Shown here in pieces: positions 34,463 to 46,600 of a stretch of 64,000 nucleotides of DNA (position 1 is the first letter of the stretch; every line of letters begins with the position of its first letter). The stretch comes from Ascoidea asiatica JCM 7603 (taxonomy: Eukaryota; Fungi; Ascomycota). The stretch spans positions 1,941,351-2,005,350 of the forward strand of contig BCKQ01000003.1 in NCBI GenBank assembly GCA_001600695.1, written 5' to 3'. Under the pieces are notes generated by a model, which was not told the DNA's origin, made no database searches, and saw only the letters and a list, made by a program, of their open reading frames with translations. Both the position numbers and the translations under genes were made by a program.

Positions 34463-37185
34463 ATGACTGAAAATGAAGCCATTTTCCGTATGTACTATGC
34501 TTAATTTAATTAATTGTTTTTCAATTTCTTATTTATTTTTTTGGTTATTTTAAAATTTATTTATTTTAATGAGTAAAAATATGTAACATTTCAATTACTA
34601 ACCGTTCAATTCTTATTATGATTTTCCAATTTTTATTTGTATCTTTTTTTTTTCTTTAAATTTAATTAGGTTCTGCGGAAATGTCTTTAATTCAATTATA
34701 TATTCCAAAAGAAATTGCTAGAGAAGCTGTGTATTCTTTAGGTGATTCAGGTTTGATTCAATTCATAGATTTAAATAAAAAAATTAATTCTTTTCAAAGA
34801 AATTTCATCAAAGAAATTAGAAAATTAGATGATGTTGAAAGACAGTATAGATTTTTCAAATCTCAATTAGAATTAAATGATATTATTCTACCTTATGTTC
34901 CATATATTCCTTCAAATTCAATCAATAGATCTCCTTTAATCAAAGAAAGTGAAATTGATAATTATATTGAAAGTTCTCAAATTTTAGAACAAAGATTAAA
35001 TCAATTAATTGATTCAAAACAATCTTTACAATTAAAAAAAATGAAATTATCAGAATTAAGATATACTCTTTTAAATTCTTCAACTTTTTTTGATCATTCC
35101 CAATCTCAATCACCATCTTTAACGATTAATCAACAAGATTCTGTTACTCCTTTATTATCATCTTCTCATGAAGTAGATCCAGATCAATTACTTGATATTA
35201 GTGATAGTGATACAACCAATATTAATACTCAAGAAGAAAATTTAATAATCCCATCTCAAGATTCTGATTTTATTGCTGGTGTAATACCAAGAGATAAATT
35301 AAATACTTTACAACAAATTCTTTGGAGAGTTTTAAGAGGTAATTTATATATGAATTCAATTGAAATTCAAGAACCAATTTATGATCCTCAATCTCAAAAA
35401 TTTATCAATAAAAATGTTTTCATAATATTTTCTCATGGTAATTTAATTTTACAAAGAATTCGTAAAATTTCTGAATCTTTAGATGCAAATCTATATAATG
35501 TAGATTATTCTCAATCAAAAAGATTTTCTCAATTAAAAGATTGTAATATAAAATTAAATGATATTAATACTGTTTTAGATCAAACCATTAGAACTTTGGA
35601 AACTGAATTATTTGCAATTTCAAAAGAATTAAATAATTGGATTCAAATTATTCAAAAAGAAAAATCAATTTATAAAATTTTAAATCAGTTTAATTATGAT
35701 TTAAATAGAAAAACTTTAATAGCCGAAGGTTGGATACCAACTGATAAAATTAATTCAATTAATTCAAATTTAAAATCAATCACTGATTCTTCTGGTTCAA
35801 ATGATATTTTAATTATTTTAAATGTTTTATCAACTACAAAATCTCCTCCAACCTATCATAGAACAAATAAATTTACTTACGCATTTCAAAATATTTGTGA
35901 TGCTTATGGTACTGCTTCTTATAGAGAAGTAAATCCTGGTTTACCAACAATAATAACTTTCCCATTTATGTTTGCTATTATGTTTGGTGATTTAGGTCAT
36001 GGCTTTTTAATGGCTTTAGCAGCTTTACCATTTATTTTTAATGAAAAAAAAATTTCTTTGATGAAAAAAGATGATATGTTTGAAATGGCATTTTCTGGTA
36101 GATATATAATTTTATTAATGGGTATATTTTCAATGTATACTGGTTTCATGTATAATGATGTTTTTAGTTTATCAATGACATTTTTCAAGTCTGGTTGGAA
36201 ATGGCCAGAAAATTTTAATCTTGGTGATGATATTGAAGCAACTCAAATTGGCGTTTATTTTTGGGGTGTAGATTCTGCATGGCATGGATCTGATAATGGT
36301 TTATTATTTTTAAATTCTTATAAAATGAAACTTTCAATTGTTATGGGTTTTCTTCATATGGCCTATTCATACATGTTCTCATTAGTTAATTATATTCATT
36401 TTAACTCAATGATTGATATTATTGGTAATTTTATCCCAGGTTTATTTTTTATGTGGGGTATTTTTGGTTATTTAACAATCTGTATAATTTATAAATGGTG
36501 TATTGATTGGGTTGCAATTGTAAAACCTGCCCCTTCACTTTTAAATATGTTGATATCTATGTTTTTATCACCTGGTACAATTGAAGAACAATTATATCCT
36601 GGTCAACGAACCATTCAACTTTTTCTTTTAACAATTGCTTTGATTTGCGTTCCTTGCTTATTAGCTGTTAAACCATTATATTTAAAAAGAAAGATTGATC
36701 AAAAAAAAGAATATCATTCTTTAGAATCTGTAGAACATGTTGTTTCCGATAATAGTGTGGATGTATTGACAGAAGAAGATGAAGATGACGATGATGAGTC
36801 TCATGGAGAAGAATTTGGGGATATAATGATACATCAAGTAATTCATACCATTGAATTTTGTCTTAATTGTGTTTCTCATACTGCATCTTATCTTCGTCTT
36901 TGGGCTTTATCTTTAGCTCATGCTCAATTATCTCAAGTTTTATATTCAATGACTCTTGCAAACTCATTTGGAATGACTGGTTTTTTTGGAGTTTTCATGA
37001 CGTTCTTTTTATTTGCAATGTGGTTTGTTTTAACAATTTGTGTCTTGGTTCTTATGGAAGGTACATCTGCAATGTTACATTCATTAAGATTGCATTGGGT
37101 TGAGAGTATGAGTAAATTTTTTGAAGGTGAAGGTTATGCCTATGAGCCATACTCCTTTAAGACTGTTTTAGAAGAAGAACTTTAA
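34463..37185 (+). CDS. VPH1: V-ATPase V0 subunit a, 2 exons (34463-34487, 34670-37185)
   Basis: Spliced N-terminus MTENEAIFRSAEMSL; FPFMFAIMFGD, SHTASYLRLWALSLAHAQLS, LHSLRLHWVE. Confidence 0.95.
34488..34669 (+). other. Spliceosomal intron (182 nt) of VPH1
   Basis: GTATGT at 34488, TACTAAC at 34596-34602, pyrimidine tract, TAG at 34667-34669; splicing recreates the conserved FRS motif. Confidence 0.93.
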
Positions 37186-37948
37186 GTTTATGAATTTTCA
37201 GCGCGAGTAGCAATTAACTTTATTCTTGGTTTTTTAATGATAATCAACAAAAGAACAATCAAGACAGTATATCGACATTCTATATTTTAAATTCATAAAT
37301 TAGCATTTACTAAGTACGTTTCAATAATTTTATCGTATAAGAATTTTATTTAAATAAATTTAGTTTACGATTTACATTAGTAAAGTAGTTTTACCTTTGA
37401 TAATTTAAAGACTTTGCCTATAAAAACCACTTATAAAATTTTAAAAAGGTTTTTTAGATGTTGTTTCGCTTATTTTTTGATATTTATCGCAAGTAAAAAT
37501 GGATAACAAACCTATATACTAATTTTTCTTATCAATATTGGTTTCAATTTTGAATAATATATAAAATAAACTATTATCTAATTCAGTCTGTGTTCTTTTT
37601 ATTCGGAAGATTCTCTGCAAATACTTGAAAAATAAAATCAAAAATTAATGAAATGCCAATTCCAATTTAAAGTTCTATAAAAATAAGGGAAGTCAGGTGA
37701 CAAAATTTTAAATATATAAGAACACCCATAAATTTGGTCTTAGAACTGGTTGAGACCAAAACTCCGGGTAAGTCTTCTGGCTCTTCTTCTCTCTTTGAAG
37801 ATCTTTTCCATGCTTAATTTTTATCTTATTAAAAGAGAAAAATAATTATAGTTTTTTTTTTCAGATAATCCAAAGTAAAAGTTAAAAAAAATAAAAACAT
37901 TTGTTTATTATTTGAATTAATTCTCACAAGTGTTATACCCCATTAAAT

Positions 37949-38824
37949 ATGAATATATCTGATAGAAGAAGAGTAACAGGTCCTGATAGTGCAAGACCCT
38001 TGCTATTTAGTTCTTCCCAAGTCACTGATGATAATGAAAGCTCAAATGTCAATAATAAACCAAAAGATGAAGTAAGGCCTTTTTTTTTACAATCAGGTTT
38101 ACTTACAAATTGTAATGGTTCTGCCTATTATGAGACTGGATCTAATTTGATTCTTGTCTCTGTTTTTGGTCCTAGACCTATAAAAGGTCCTTATATTAAC
38201 AAGGCTTCATTTTCTGTAGAATCAAGATTTTTACCATATATCAATCAGCCTAAATATCTCAACAAGCGAATGCTACTCCAGGATAATGAAAATGGGTTCA
38301 AGAAAGAAAAGTTGAGTTCTCAAACAGCTAATGCTAGTGCTGGATCCTATTCAGTTATTGAACAAAAAATTTCTTCTTATATTAATTCTACTTTTCTACC
38401 TACAATTATGGTTGAAAAATATCCAAAATCTACAATTGATGTTTTTATAACTGTATTATCTAATGATATTAATAATAGTACATTATCTCTTGTATCTTCA
38501 ATTTCGAATTGTTGTTCTGTGGCTTTGGTAGATTCTGGTATAGAATTATCAGATATTGTAAGCACTGGAATTTCTCGAATTTTTTTGGATAACTCAATTT
38601 CATTAGATCCTATCAATGATCAAAATTCTCATGAAAAATATATGGAAGCCACCATAAGTTTTATGAATTGTAAAAACAATTTAATAGCTGGATTTTGGTC
38701 TGATGGTGATCTTGAAGTAACCGAAGATAGAATACAGAAGCTAATAGAGAATTCATGTAAAATGGCTAAAACCATTCGAACAAATATAGATTATTTTTTA
38801 TTGAATCAGATAAAAGATACGTAG
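37949..38824 (+). CDS. MTR3: Exosome RNase PH-like subunit
   Basis: MNISDRRRVTGP, GLLTNCNGSAYYE, VFGPRP, EKYPKSTIDVF, ALVDSGIE. Confidence 0.88.
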   Translation: MNISDRRRVTGPDSARPLLFSSSQVTDDNESSNVNNKPKDEVRPFFLQSGLLTNCNGSAYYETGSNLILVSVFGPRPIKGPYINKASFSVESRFLPYINQPKYLNKRMLLQDNENGFKKEKLSSQTANASAGSYSVIEQKISSYINSTFLPTIMVEKYPKSTIDVFITVLSNDINNSTLSLVSSISNCCSVALVDSGIELSDIVSTGISRIFLDNSISLDPINDQNSHEKYMEATISFMNCKNNLIAGFWSDGDLEVTEDRIQKLIENSCKMAKTIRTNIDYFLLNQIKDT

Positions 38825-38885
38825 GTACTGCTCATAAATATATTTAATATACAAAATTCACTCTATCAAAAAATTTCAGAATTAC

Positions 38886-41800
38886 TTAATAATCAAAATT
38901 CAAACTTTGCTTAATATTCCTTTCAACTTCAGCAATGCTTTCCATTTTTAAATTTGTCTTCCTTCTAGTATAATAAATTGGGCAATCATCACTTATACAA
39001 TCTATTTTAGTAATATCGTTACTGAAAGTTTTATTATTTAAAGAGCAGTTGTGACAAATTTTCAAAATATTATAATGTTCAGTTTCAACTTTGCGTATTT
39101 TTTTCACTATTTTCATAACTGAGTTTTGTCTATCTTCATAACAATTGAAACATAAGGATTTTTCATAAACTTGATTTTTTAAGCAAACAGCACAATTATC
39201 GATTTTTAGAAATTCTGTTACCAACATATTTCCAGTATTGTCTTTTGTCCTTTTATTTCCCCTAATCTTTTCAGGATTTTCTTGGGCTTCTTTCCTCCGT
39301 CGAATAAAAGTTCTCTTGAATGGTTTAGGCATATCCAAATACCATTTTTGCACATCAACCCCAATAAGATTGAAAAGTCTTGACAAAGGAGGAATTATTG
39401 TCTTAGTAATATAATATTCTGAATCAAGCTCATACATTCCTAATTTAGATAAAAAATCTTCCGGATTTTTTGCTCTAGACTTCAAAGTTGCTCCTTTTTT
39501 ACCCTTAACAATAAGAAAAGGGACTCTTTCTTTATATTGAGGCTCCATTCTTTCATCTTCTTCCATGTTATTTACAGCTAATGCTGCTCCCGGAGGCATA
39601 TACCTTTCATCTTTATATGTTCCTACTCGTACTTCCTTTGCGAAACAGAAGTCCTGTACAGATACTTTTTCTAATATAATCTTTCGAAATTGCTCTTGAA
39701 CATAGGCTTTTACTTTAGAAATATCTTGATCCTCAAACAATATCTTTATAGATTTTTCTAATATTTTTTGAGTGGCTGGAGTCCCATCTCTACGAACAGT
39801 TTCAATTCCTTTGGCATCAAATATTGGCTCTTCCTGCTCCTCAAATTCATAAGAATACCCAACATATCTTTTTTTGGCAATTAAAATGGAAGGAAAATAT
39901 ACCTTTTCAAACTTAAGCTTTATAGGATCAGGATTTGACCTAGTTACAGAATCTGCCATTTCCCTTCCAATTTTAAAAGCATCTTCCTTGGTTCTACCAG
40001 GTAAATATATAAACAATGAATCTGTATCTCCATAAACAACATTCGCATTCCATTCTGAGTTATTTTCTATCAAATCAATGGCCTTTTCCAAAGTTTCTCG
40101 CCCAGATTGAACAACGCAGTCTGCAAGAGCTGAACATGGCATTCTTCCTGAAAAAGTTGCAGATGTATAACCATATGTTACATTGGCAATCAATTTTAAT
40201 GCCAATTGCCGATTATTGAAAATTTTATAAAGTTCAGCATCATCCTTTAATAAATTCATTGTAGTCTTTATCATTACTCTTGTATCCAAAATTTCTCCCA
40301 ACATTTTAGCTAATAATGATTTTCGAATATTAGGCTTGGCAAACATATATCCATTAGGAGATAAGGTAATCTTGTCTTTTAACAATTCCAAAAGGCCACT
40401 AGGTATTTTTAACATAGTCGACCCAATTTTATTTCCATATTTAGGATTGAAACCCCTAAGTTTTCCAAGAAGAGTTGAATAACAATAGTTATACGCTATA
40501 ATAACTGATGGGTATAATGATTGGAAATCAAGAACAACCAAAGGGCTTTTATAATATGATGAAGAAGGCTCCATCACTAAGGGTATACATTGAAGGGCGG
40601 GCTGATCTTTTACTTGTCTTTTGTTAGGAGATAAAAGCATGAAGTTTTCTGCTTTAGAAATTCTTGCCAAAAAAGATTCAACCTTGAATTGAGAACCTCG
40701 GTATAACACTGAATAGAAATCTATACCTCCTAATCTAGCCTGTTCTGTTGTTTTTGTTATCAATTCAACTGATTGCATTAAACGAATATTTATTTCAATC
40801 CTTTTTAACCAATAAGTGAGTAAAATTGCTTTCTCCCCTGGGAGCCCAAAAAAGTATTTAGTAAGAGTTTCCCAACTATAATGAGGAATTCTCTCATGGA
40901 GGATATGATAAGCAATATTTTCTATAGTATATCTAAGTAAAGTTACCTCACTTCTCAAATGTCTCCAGAGATTTACCATATGTCTTCCAGTAATCCGAAT
41001 CCCAGAAGCATGAGTATATCCCCATTGATCTCTGAACTTATTTTTATTCTTTGATTTTACCCTTGATAAATCAGCAGATAAATTTTTGTCGAAAGTTTCT
41101 TTACATCTTTCTATCAAGTAGCCCCATGATGCGGAGTGTACTTCGAAGGCTGCTAATATATCTGGATCAATAAATTGAACTAAATCTACTAATTCATTAA
41201 TCATATCCAATTCTTTATCAAATATTTCCATCTGGATAGGTGTTAGAGATTGAAATCCTTTGATCTGTTCTCTATCTTTAGAAAAAATTAATATGCCAGT
41301 ATCATTTATTCCAATTTCACAACCCATACTTTCCTTTTCAAATTTCCAAAAGATGGCAGCTACTTCATCAACCAAAGGATCAGGTCTAAAAGCTTCTCTT
41401 GTATTGATATGAACCTCGATAGTTAGAATTGAGAGATGATTTGAGCCATCAGGCCTTCTCAGGACTTTGTGCTTCTGCGATGAATAATTAAACCCAAATT
41501 TAACATTCTGGGTGGCTGCTTCTATTTGAGAAGAAATTAATCGAGAACGATTTGATTTTTTGTAGTAAGAATAAAAATTTGTTAGTTGAAAAGTACTTTT
41601 GCTAGGTGATTGATTTTCTTTTAAATCATTTTCTGAGTCAGCAGAAGGTGTCTCATTGAACACTTCCGTAAATGAAGGAGGAGGGTTATTATATACCCAA
41701 GTCTTTTTATTAAAAGGAGCTTGCTGGGTAATTATATTTTTTCTTCGTACTTTATTCTTATTGAGAATATTATTTCTTATCAAATTAGAAATTGAAGGAG

Positions 41801-43793
41801 ATTGTGAATTAATGGAGATTCCCGGTAACTCACCTGGATCATCCGTTTTCAAAATAATTTTTTTCCCTGCTAGAATGAACGGTAGTGTTGGAATATCATA
41901 TTTCTTCGAATAAAATGGATCAGTGTACTCTATTTTTGGTAGTCCACATTCGGACCAGAATGAGTCCATTAAACCTTTATATGGAGGTGGTTGATCGAAA
42001 CTATAACAAAACTTAGAACCAGTATGCTTTTTAAAATAACGAAATACAGTATTTTTATAATTGATCATATTTTTAGTTTCTGGATTTGAATAAGAGATGG
42101 CATTTTGAGAACTTTGAAATTTTCGTTTTGAAAATTCGATATCTTGATCATTGAAACTAAAATCTATTGGGTCACTCCAAATTGGTTCATTTTGGATATT
42201 TTCAACAGTAGATTTATCAGAAGAATCTATCATAACCTTTTTTTTTTTTTCAATGTAACCATTACTCTCTAATTTTTGAAATTTTAAATTAGTTTCATCA
42301 TCACTTTTAGCAGCTTCATTTTCTAGAAAAAGAGGAGTTCCTAATATTAGGTCAGTATTCGCAGTTTCTGGTTTCACTTTTATTGGTGGAAATAACTTGC
42401 TAATAGCTTTTTGTGGAGTAAGAATTGATTTAAAAATTGGTGGGGTATTCACAAAAAATTCAACATTTAAGGATTCATTTTTCTTTTGTGATATTTGTTT
42501 TCTAGAAAGATCCTGACAATATTTTAATAGTTCATCAAGTTCCCTTTGTTCGGCCCAAGAGGTTGCATTTTTATCTAAAATATTAACTTTTCTGGGTATG
42601 CTATCTGGAGGAGAATATTTTTTTTGTTTTCTAATTTTCCTTTGAAAAATAGTATCTTTTATAATCTCTTTAGTGCTGGAAATATAATGTACATCCGTTC
42701 CTATGGTTTCTTTTGAATTATTCTGAATTAAAGTATGGTGCGAGTCAGTAAAACTTAAGTCATTTCTATTCATTATCCATTGAGCACAAATATCAATTTC
42801 TAAAAAAGTATTACCCATTCTTTCAAAAGCATAATTTTTTAAAGGAATAGAAAAATTTTTTTGTGATAATATATTTTTTTGCCCAGGAGTATCATTTATA
42901 AAATTTTTAACATAATTAACAAGATCACTATTTAACTTAATTTTCCCAATGCCACTTTCTTCAAAATTAAAAATTGGATCTCTGAAATAACATTCTTTTA
43001 TATTTAGCCAACCACATCCATAAAGATTAAAATCACAAAAAAATTGTAAAATATGTGGAATATGAGCTTCATAAGGTTGATAAACTTGACCATTTATTTT
43101 TCCTTCAGAAAGTAATTCACAAACCTTTTTTATATGCCTGTCAGAAAGCATTGTAATTTTATAGAAGAGGTTATAACCTACATGATAACCATAAAATGGT
43201 GTAGATTTAACAACTGTCACATCTCCTATAAATCTGAATTTTTTTGATTTATGTTTTTGATCTTGTTCATTAAAAATTAAATCATCTGGATTTTTACCAA
43301 TTAATTTCAAATAGCGCATTTCCTCTTTATCATAATGCTCATTATTTTTATTGATATTATTAGAAGTTGATTTAGAATTGTTGAGATTAGAACCATTAAA
43401 ATTATTTTTATTACTTTTACTAAAAGATTTGGAAATATGAAATTCAATTTGATTTTTTAGTTTTAAGCAATTTTGATTTATTATATCTAAATTTTCAAAA
43501 GAACCTCTATAATTAACAAATATATAAGGAAATACACCATGGACATGAACTAAAATAGTATGACCTGTTGGAAGTGAACCGAATATTCTAATAATCGGAA
43601 CTTGATCAAATCTATTATCTGGATCAGAAGGAGAAAAATAAGAATCTAAAAAAGTTGGTGGAGCTTGATAAGTATCAGTAGCATTTATTTGAACTCTTAA
43701 GAAATCATCATTAATTATAGTTTTACTTATATCATTTTGAGAATTTGAACTTAAGGTAAAATCTGAAAGTAAACTGTCTTTGTTATTGTTCAT
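38886..43793 (-). CDS. REV3: DNA polymerase zeta catalytic subunit
   Basis: HVHGVFPY, VLDFQSLYPS, KLIANVTYGY, YGDTDS, KGIETVRRD, C-terminal CysA and CysB clusters. Confidence 0.97.
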   Translation of the reverse strand: MNNNKDSLLSDFTLSSNSQNDISKTIINDDFLRVQINATDTYQAPPTFLDSYFSPSDPDNRFDQVPIIRIFGSLPTGHTILVHVHGVFPYIFVNYRGSFENLDIINQNCLKLKNQIEFHISKSFSKSNKNNFNGSNLNNSKSTSNNINKNNEHYDKEEMRYLKLIGKNPDDLIFNEQDQKHKSKKFRFIGDVTVVKSTPFYGYHVGYNLFYKITMLSDRHIKKVCELLSEGKINGQVYQPYEAHIPHILQFFCDFNLYGCGWLNIKECYFRDPIFNFEESGIGKIKLNSDLVNYVKNFINDTPGQKNILSQKNFSIPLKNYAFERMGNTFLEIDICAQWIMNRNDLSFTDSHHTLIQNNSKETIGTDVHYISSTKEIIKDTIFQRKIRKQKKYSPPDSIPRKVNILDKNATSWAEQRELDELLKYCQDLSRKQISQKKNESLNVEFFVNTPPIFKSILTPQKAISKLFPPIKVKPETANTDLILGTPLFLENEAAKSDDETNLKFQKLESNGYIEKKKKVMIDSSDKSTVENIQNEPIWSDPIDFSFNDQDIEFSKRKFQSSQNAISYSNPETKNMINYKNTVFRYFKKHTGSKFCYSFDQPPPYKGLMDSFWSECGLPKIEYTDPFYSKKYDIPTLPFILAGKKIILKTDDPGELPGISINSQSPSISNLIRNNILNKNKVRRKNIITQQAPFNKKTWVYNNPPPSFTEVFNETPSADSENDLKENQSPSKSTFQLTNFYSYYKKSNRSRLISSQIEAATQNVKFGFNYSSQKHKVLRRPDGSNHLSILTIEVHINTREAFRPDPLVDEVAAIFWKFEKESMGCEIGINDTGILIFSKDREQIKGFQSLTPIQMEIFDKELDMINELVDLVQFIDPDILAAFEVHSASWGYLIERCKETFDKNLSADLSRVKSKNKNKFRDQWGYTHASGIRITGRHMVNLWRHLRSEVTLLRYTIENIAYHILHERIPHYSWETLTKYFFGLPGEKAILLTYWLKRIEINIRLMQSVELITKTTEQARLGGIDFYSVLYRGSQFKVESFLARISKAENFMLLSPNKRQVKDQPALQCIPLVMEPSSSYYKSPLVVLDFQSLYPSVIIAYNYCYSTLLGKLRGFNPKYGNKIGSTMLKIPSGLLELLKDKITLSPNGYMFAKPNIRKSLLAKMLGEILDTRVMIKTTMNLLKDDAELYKIFNNRQLALKLIANVTYGYTSATFSGRMPCSALADCVVQSGRETLEKAIDLIENNSEWNANVVYGDTDSLFIYLPGRTKEDAFKIGREMADSVTRSNPDPIKLKFEKVYFPSILIAKKRYVGYSYEFEEQEEPIFDAKGIETVRRDGTPATQKILEKSIKILFEDQDISKVKAYVQEQFRKIILEKVSVQDFCFAKEVRVGTYKDERYMPPGAALAVNNMEEDERMEPQYKERVPFLIVKGKKGATLKSRAKNPEDFLSKLGMYELDSEYYITKTIIPPLSRLFNLIGVDVQKWYLDMPKPFKRTFIRRRKEAQENPEKIRGNKRTKDNTGNMLVTEFLKIDNCAVCLKNQVYEKSLCFNCYEDRQNSVMKIVKKIRKVETEHYNILKICHNCSLNNKTFSNDITKIDCISDDCPIYYTRRKTNLKMESIAEVERNIKQSLNFDY

Positions 43794-44079
43794 TTCAAAT
43801 TTCAGCGTAAAGTTGAACGATTAGACTGAAAACCTACTTATTCATTATAACTATTTGAATACTAAAGATGTGGATTAAACAACTTGTTAACCAATTAATC
43901 ACTTAATATATATGATAAAATGATGTTGTGATAGTTTTTTTTGATTTGAAAATAAATTTTATTTCTTCGTAATAGTCTTTTGAAAGCAATCTACGATAAA
44001 CTGAAGAGTATCGTCAGTCAGTTAGTTACCGGTAGACTTAAAGCAAAATCAATGTTAATAAATTTGAAATTTGATTTAA

Positions 44080-44093
44080 TTTAACGCGTTAAA
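44080..44093. promoter_or_regulatory. MCB element in a 14-bp palindrome upstream of REV3
   Basis: TTTAACGCGTTAAA, about 290 bp upstream of the REV3 ATG. Confidence 0.5.
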
Positions 44094-44298
44094 CGTTGCG
44101 GATGTACAGCGCTTTTTTTGTTTTTTTCTGCTTTGGGAAGTAACTATCTTTAAACCCGCAGTATTTACAGTGCCTTAAAAATAAGAATATTAAAATAAGA
44201 ATATTAAAACAAGAATTAAGAATGAAAATATAAAAATAGATATAATATAAAATGTAAAATGTATAATGTTTAAAAGAGTATTGTTAAGAAGAGAAAGC

Positions 44299-46215
44299 TT
44301 AACACCATACGTCCATTGTTGAGTCGTTTTCGTTCATTGTAAAAAGAGAACCAGGTGAATTCAATTTATTACCTTCCATACTAAAAATTGAAGGACAATT
44401 TTCTAACATATAATTACTCCAACCAAAGGTAGTAATATTTCCAGAATCTTCATTTTCATGAATTTTAAGATTATTAATAGGATTTGGATTTTTTAAATTA
44501 TAAAATTTAATATTTTTATTTTCATTATCATTTATTGAAAAATATTCAGAAAATTGATTTATCATATAATTTATTTTAACATTTTTAATTGTTGAATAAT
44601 TTTGATAATTATTATATTCAATTAAAGGTTTTGAATAATTTCTTAAATCAAATAATTTTAAATTATTTTTTAAACCTGATATAATTACATTATTAAAATT
44701 TGGTAACCATTTAATATCTGTAATTAAACTACCATGATTAAGTTTAATCATATTTTTACTTGTATTATGATTTAAATCATTTTGTTCATTTTGATGATTT
44801 TGATGATTTTGATTATTATAAGAAACAGGAGAAATTTTTGATGTATAAAATGTTTCATCATTTATATATATACTGTTTGTTAAATGTAAGATTTTATTGA
44901 ATAATGAATTATTATTATCATTATTAAATCCAAAAGGTTGAAAATTATTATTTATTGGATTTAAAATTGAAGAATTATTTAAAGTTTTAATACCATTAAT
45001 ATATGAATTTGAAGTTTCTATAATTTTTATAGGTAACCTTTTATCAATTATAAATGAATTTCCATTTCTACAACCAAGAATTAATAAATCCGATTCAATT
45101 TTTTTAAAATTTGGAATTGGATTAAAAAAATCAAAATTTAAAACATCATTACAAATTTTAAAAGTTTGATGATTTAAATTATTTAAAATTTTTTTATTTG
45201 ATAAATTAATTTGATTAAATTTTGAATAATTTAAATAATTTAATGGAAATAAATTTATAGTATCATTAATAGAAATTATAAAATTATTATTTGATAATTT
45301 TGAATTCCAAAAAGTTTGAGATTTATTACCATTAAAAGAAAAAATTTGTTTAATTGAAGAATTATTTAAATTTGAATTAAATTTAAATTTATATAAAGTT
45401 GAATTTGGTAAATTTTTATAAATTGGATCACCAATTGTATTTGTAATTAAAGTATTTGATTTTGAATTTGAATCAAATTGAATGGAATCTATAATTGATC
45501 TATTAATTTTAAAATCATTTAAATCTTTTAAATATATATTTGAATTATTTAAAGAATTATAATTTGAAAAAGATAAATTACCATTATTTGATAAAATATA
45601 AAATAATTTATTAAAATCATCATGAAATATGAATTTATTTTTAAAATTATTTTGAATTGAAGATTGATTTGAAATTAAATTAAATTTTTTAAAAAAATTT
45701 AAATTTAAAATTTTATTTAAATTTTTATAACTGAAATAAATTGAATTTAAATTTGAATTAAAATTTGAATTTAAATTTGTATTAATTTTTGTATTTAAGA
45801 TAAAATTATTAAAATTTTTATAAAAATCTGATTTTGAATTAATTTGAAGTAAATTTGGATTAATAATTTGATTTTGAAAATTTATTGAATCTTTTGTTTT
45901 AAGTAATTTATGATTATAATTTGATTCATTTATATTTTTTTTTGGGCGCTTATTTTTTTTTTGTTTTTTGTTATTATTACCATTGTCAATATCATTATTA
46001 TTATCATTGTTGTTATTGTTTTTCATATTTTTAATCATTATATCTCTTTTATTTTTAATTATTGAAGAATTTGTATAATTTGATAAATTTTTAGAAGAAT
46101 AAGAATTAGAAGAAGTTGATGAAGAACATAAAGTATTATTTTTTAAAATTTTAAAATATTTCTTTCTTTCAGTATCATAATAAAACCCAGGTAATTCAGG
46201 TACATTGCTACTCAT
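44299..46215 (-). CDS. DCAF4/WDR21-like WD40 protein
   Basis: N-terminal VPELPGFYYDTERKKYFKI signature; degenerate WD repeats LILGCRNG..IIDKR and LKLFDLR. Confidence 0.72.
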   Translation of the reverse strand: MSSNVPELPGFYYDTERKKYFKILKNNTLCSSSTSSNSYSSKNLSNYTNSSIIKNKRDIMIKNMKNNNNNDNNNDIDNGNNNKKQKKNKRPKKNINESNYNHKLLKTKDSINFQNQIINPNLLQINSKSDFYKNFNNFILNTKINTNLNSNFNSNLNSIYFSYKNLNKILNLNFFKKFNLISNQSSIQNNFKNKFIFHDDFNKLFYILSNNGNLSFSNYNSLNNSNIYLKDLNDFKINRSIIDSIQFDSNSKSNTLITNTIGDPIYKNLPNSTLYKFKFNSNLNNSSIKQIFSFNGNKSQTFWNSKLSNNNFIISINDTINLFPLNYLNYSKFNQINLSNKKILNNLNHQTFKICNDVLNFDFFNPIPNFKKIESDLLILGCRNGNSFIIDKRLPIKIIETSNSYINGIKTLNNSSILNPINNNFQPFGFNNDNNNSLFNKILHLTNSIYINDETFYTSKISPVSYNNQNHQNHQNEQNDLNHNTSKNMIKLNHGSLITDIKWLPNFNNVIISGLKNNLKLFDLRNYSKPLIEYNNYQNYSTIKNVKINYMINQFSEYFSINDNENKNIKFYNLKNPNPINNLKIHENEDSGNITTFGWSNYMLENCPSIFSMEGNKLNSPGSLFTMNENDSTMDVWC

Positions 46216-46514
46216 TTATAGATTTTTTATTGATTATTTTTTTATAATAATATCGATATATTAATTATTTATAATTATAGTAATTTCAGTTAACTAGTGT
46301 AAAGTTATAAGATCATTGAAATTAGTTTTTTTCTTTTAACTAATACTTCAATATATTAATTTCAAAGAGATAGCAACGTTTTTTATATTTTTATGAAGTT
46401 GAAGTATATTTTTCGGAGCGAGGTGAAGTTGTCGCCAAGTTTACGGATCCGCCGAATTTTCGACTTGTGAGAAGTTAAAATAAGCAGAAAAAACTTTATT
46501 GAATTACCATTAAC

Positions 46515-46546
<32 letters not shown>

Positions 46547-46547
46547 A
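46515..46547. repeat. (AAAG)n microsatellite
   Basis: Read directly. Confidence 0.9.
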
Positions 46548-46600
46548 GCATTACATAACTGAAAAAGAGAAGAAAAAGATAAAAGAGAGTATAAAGAAGA

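Noticed and set aside
22773-38824. Two exosome subunits (RRP46, MTR3) as a gene cluster
   Set aside because: About 14 kb apart with unrelated genes between; likely coincidence.
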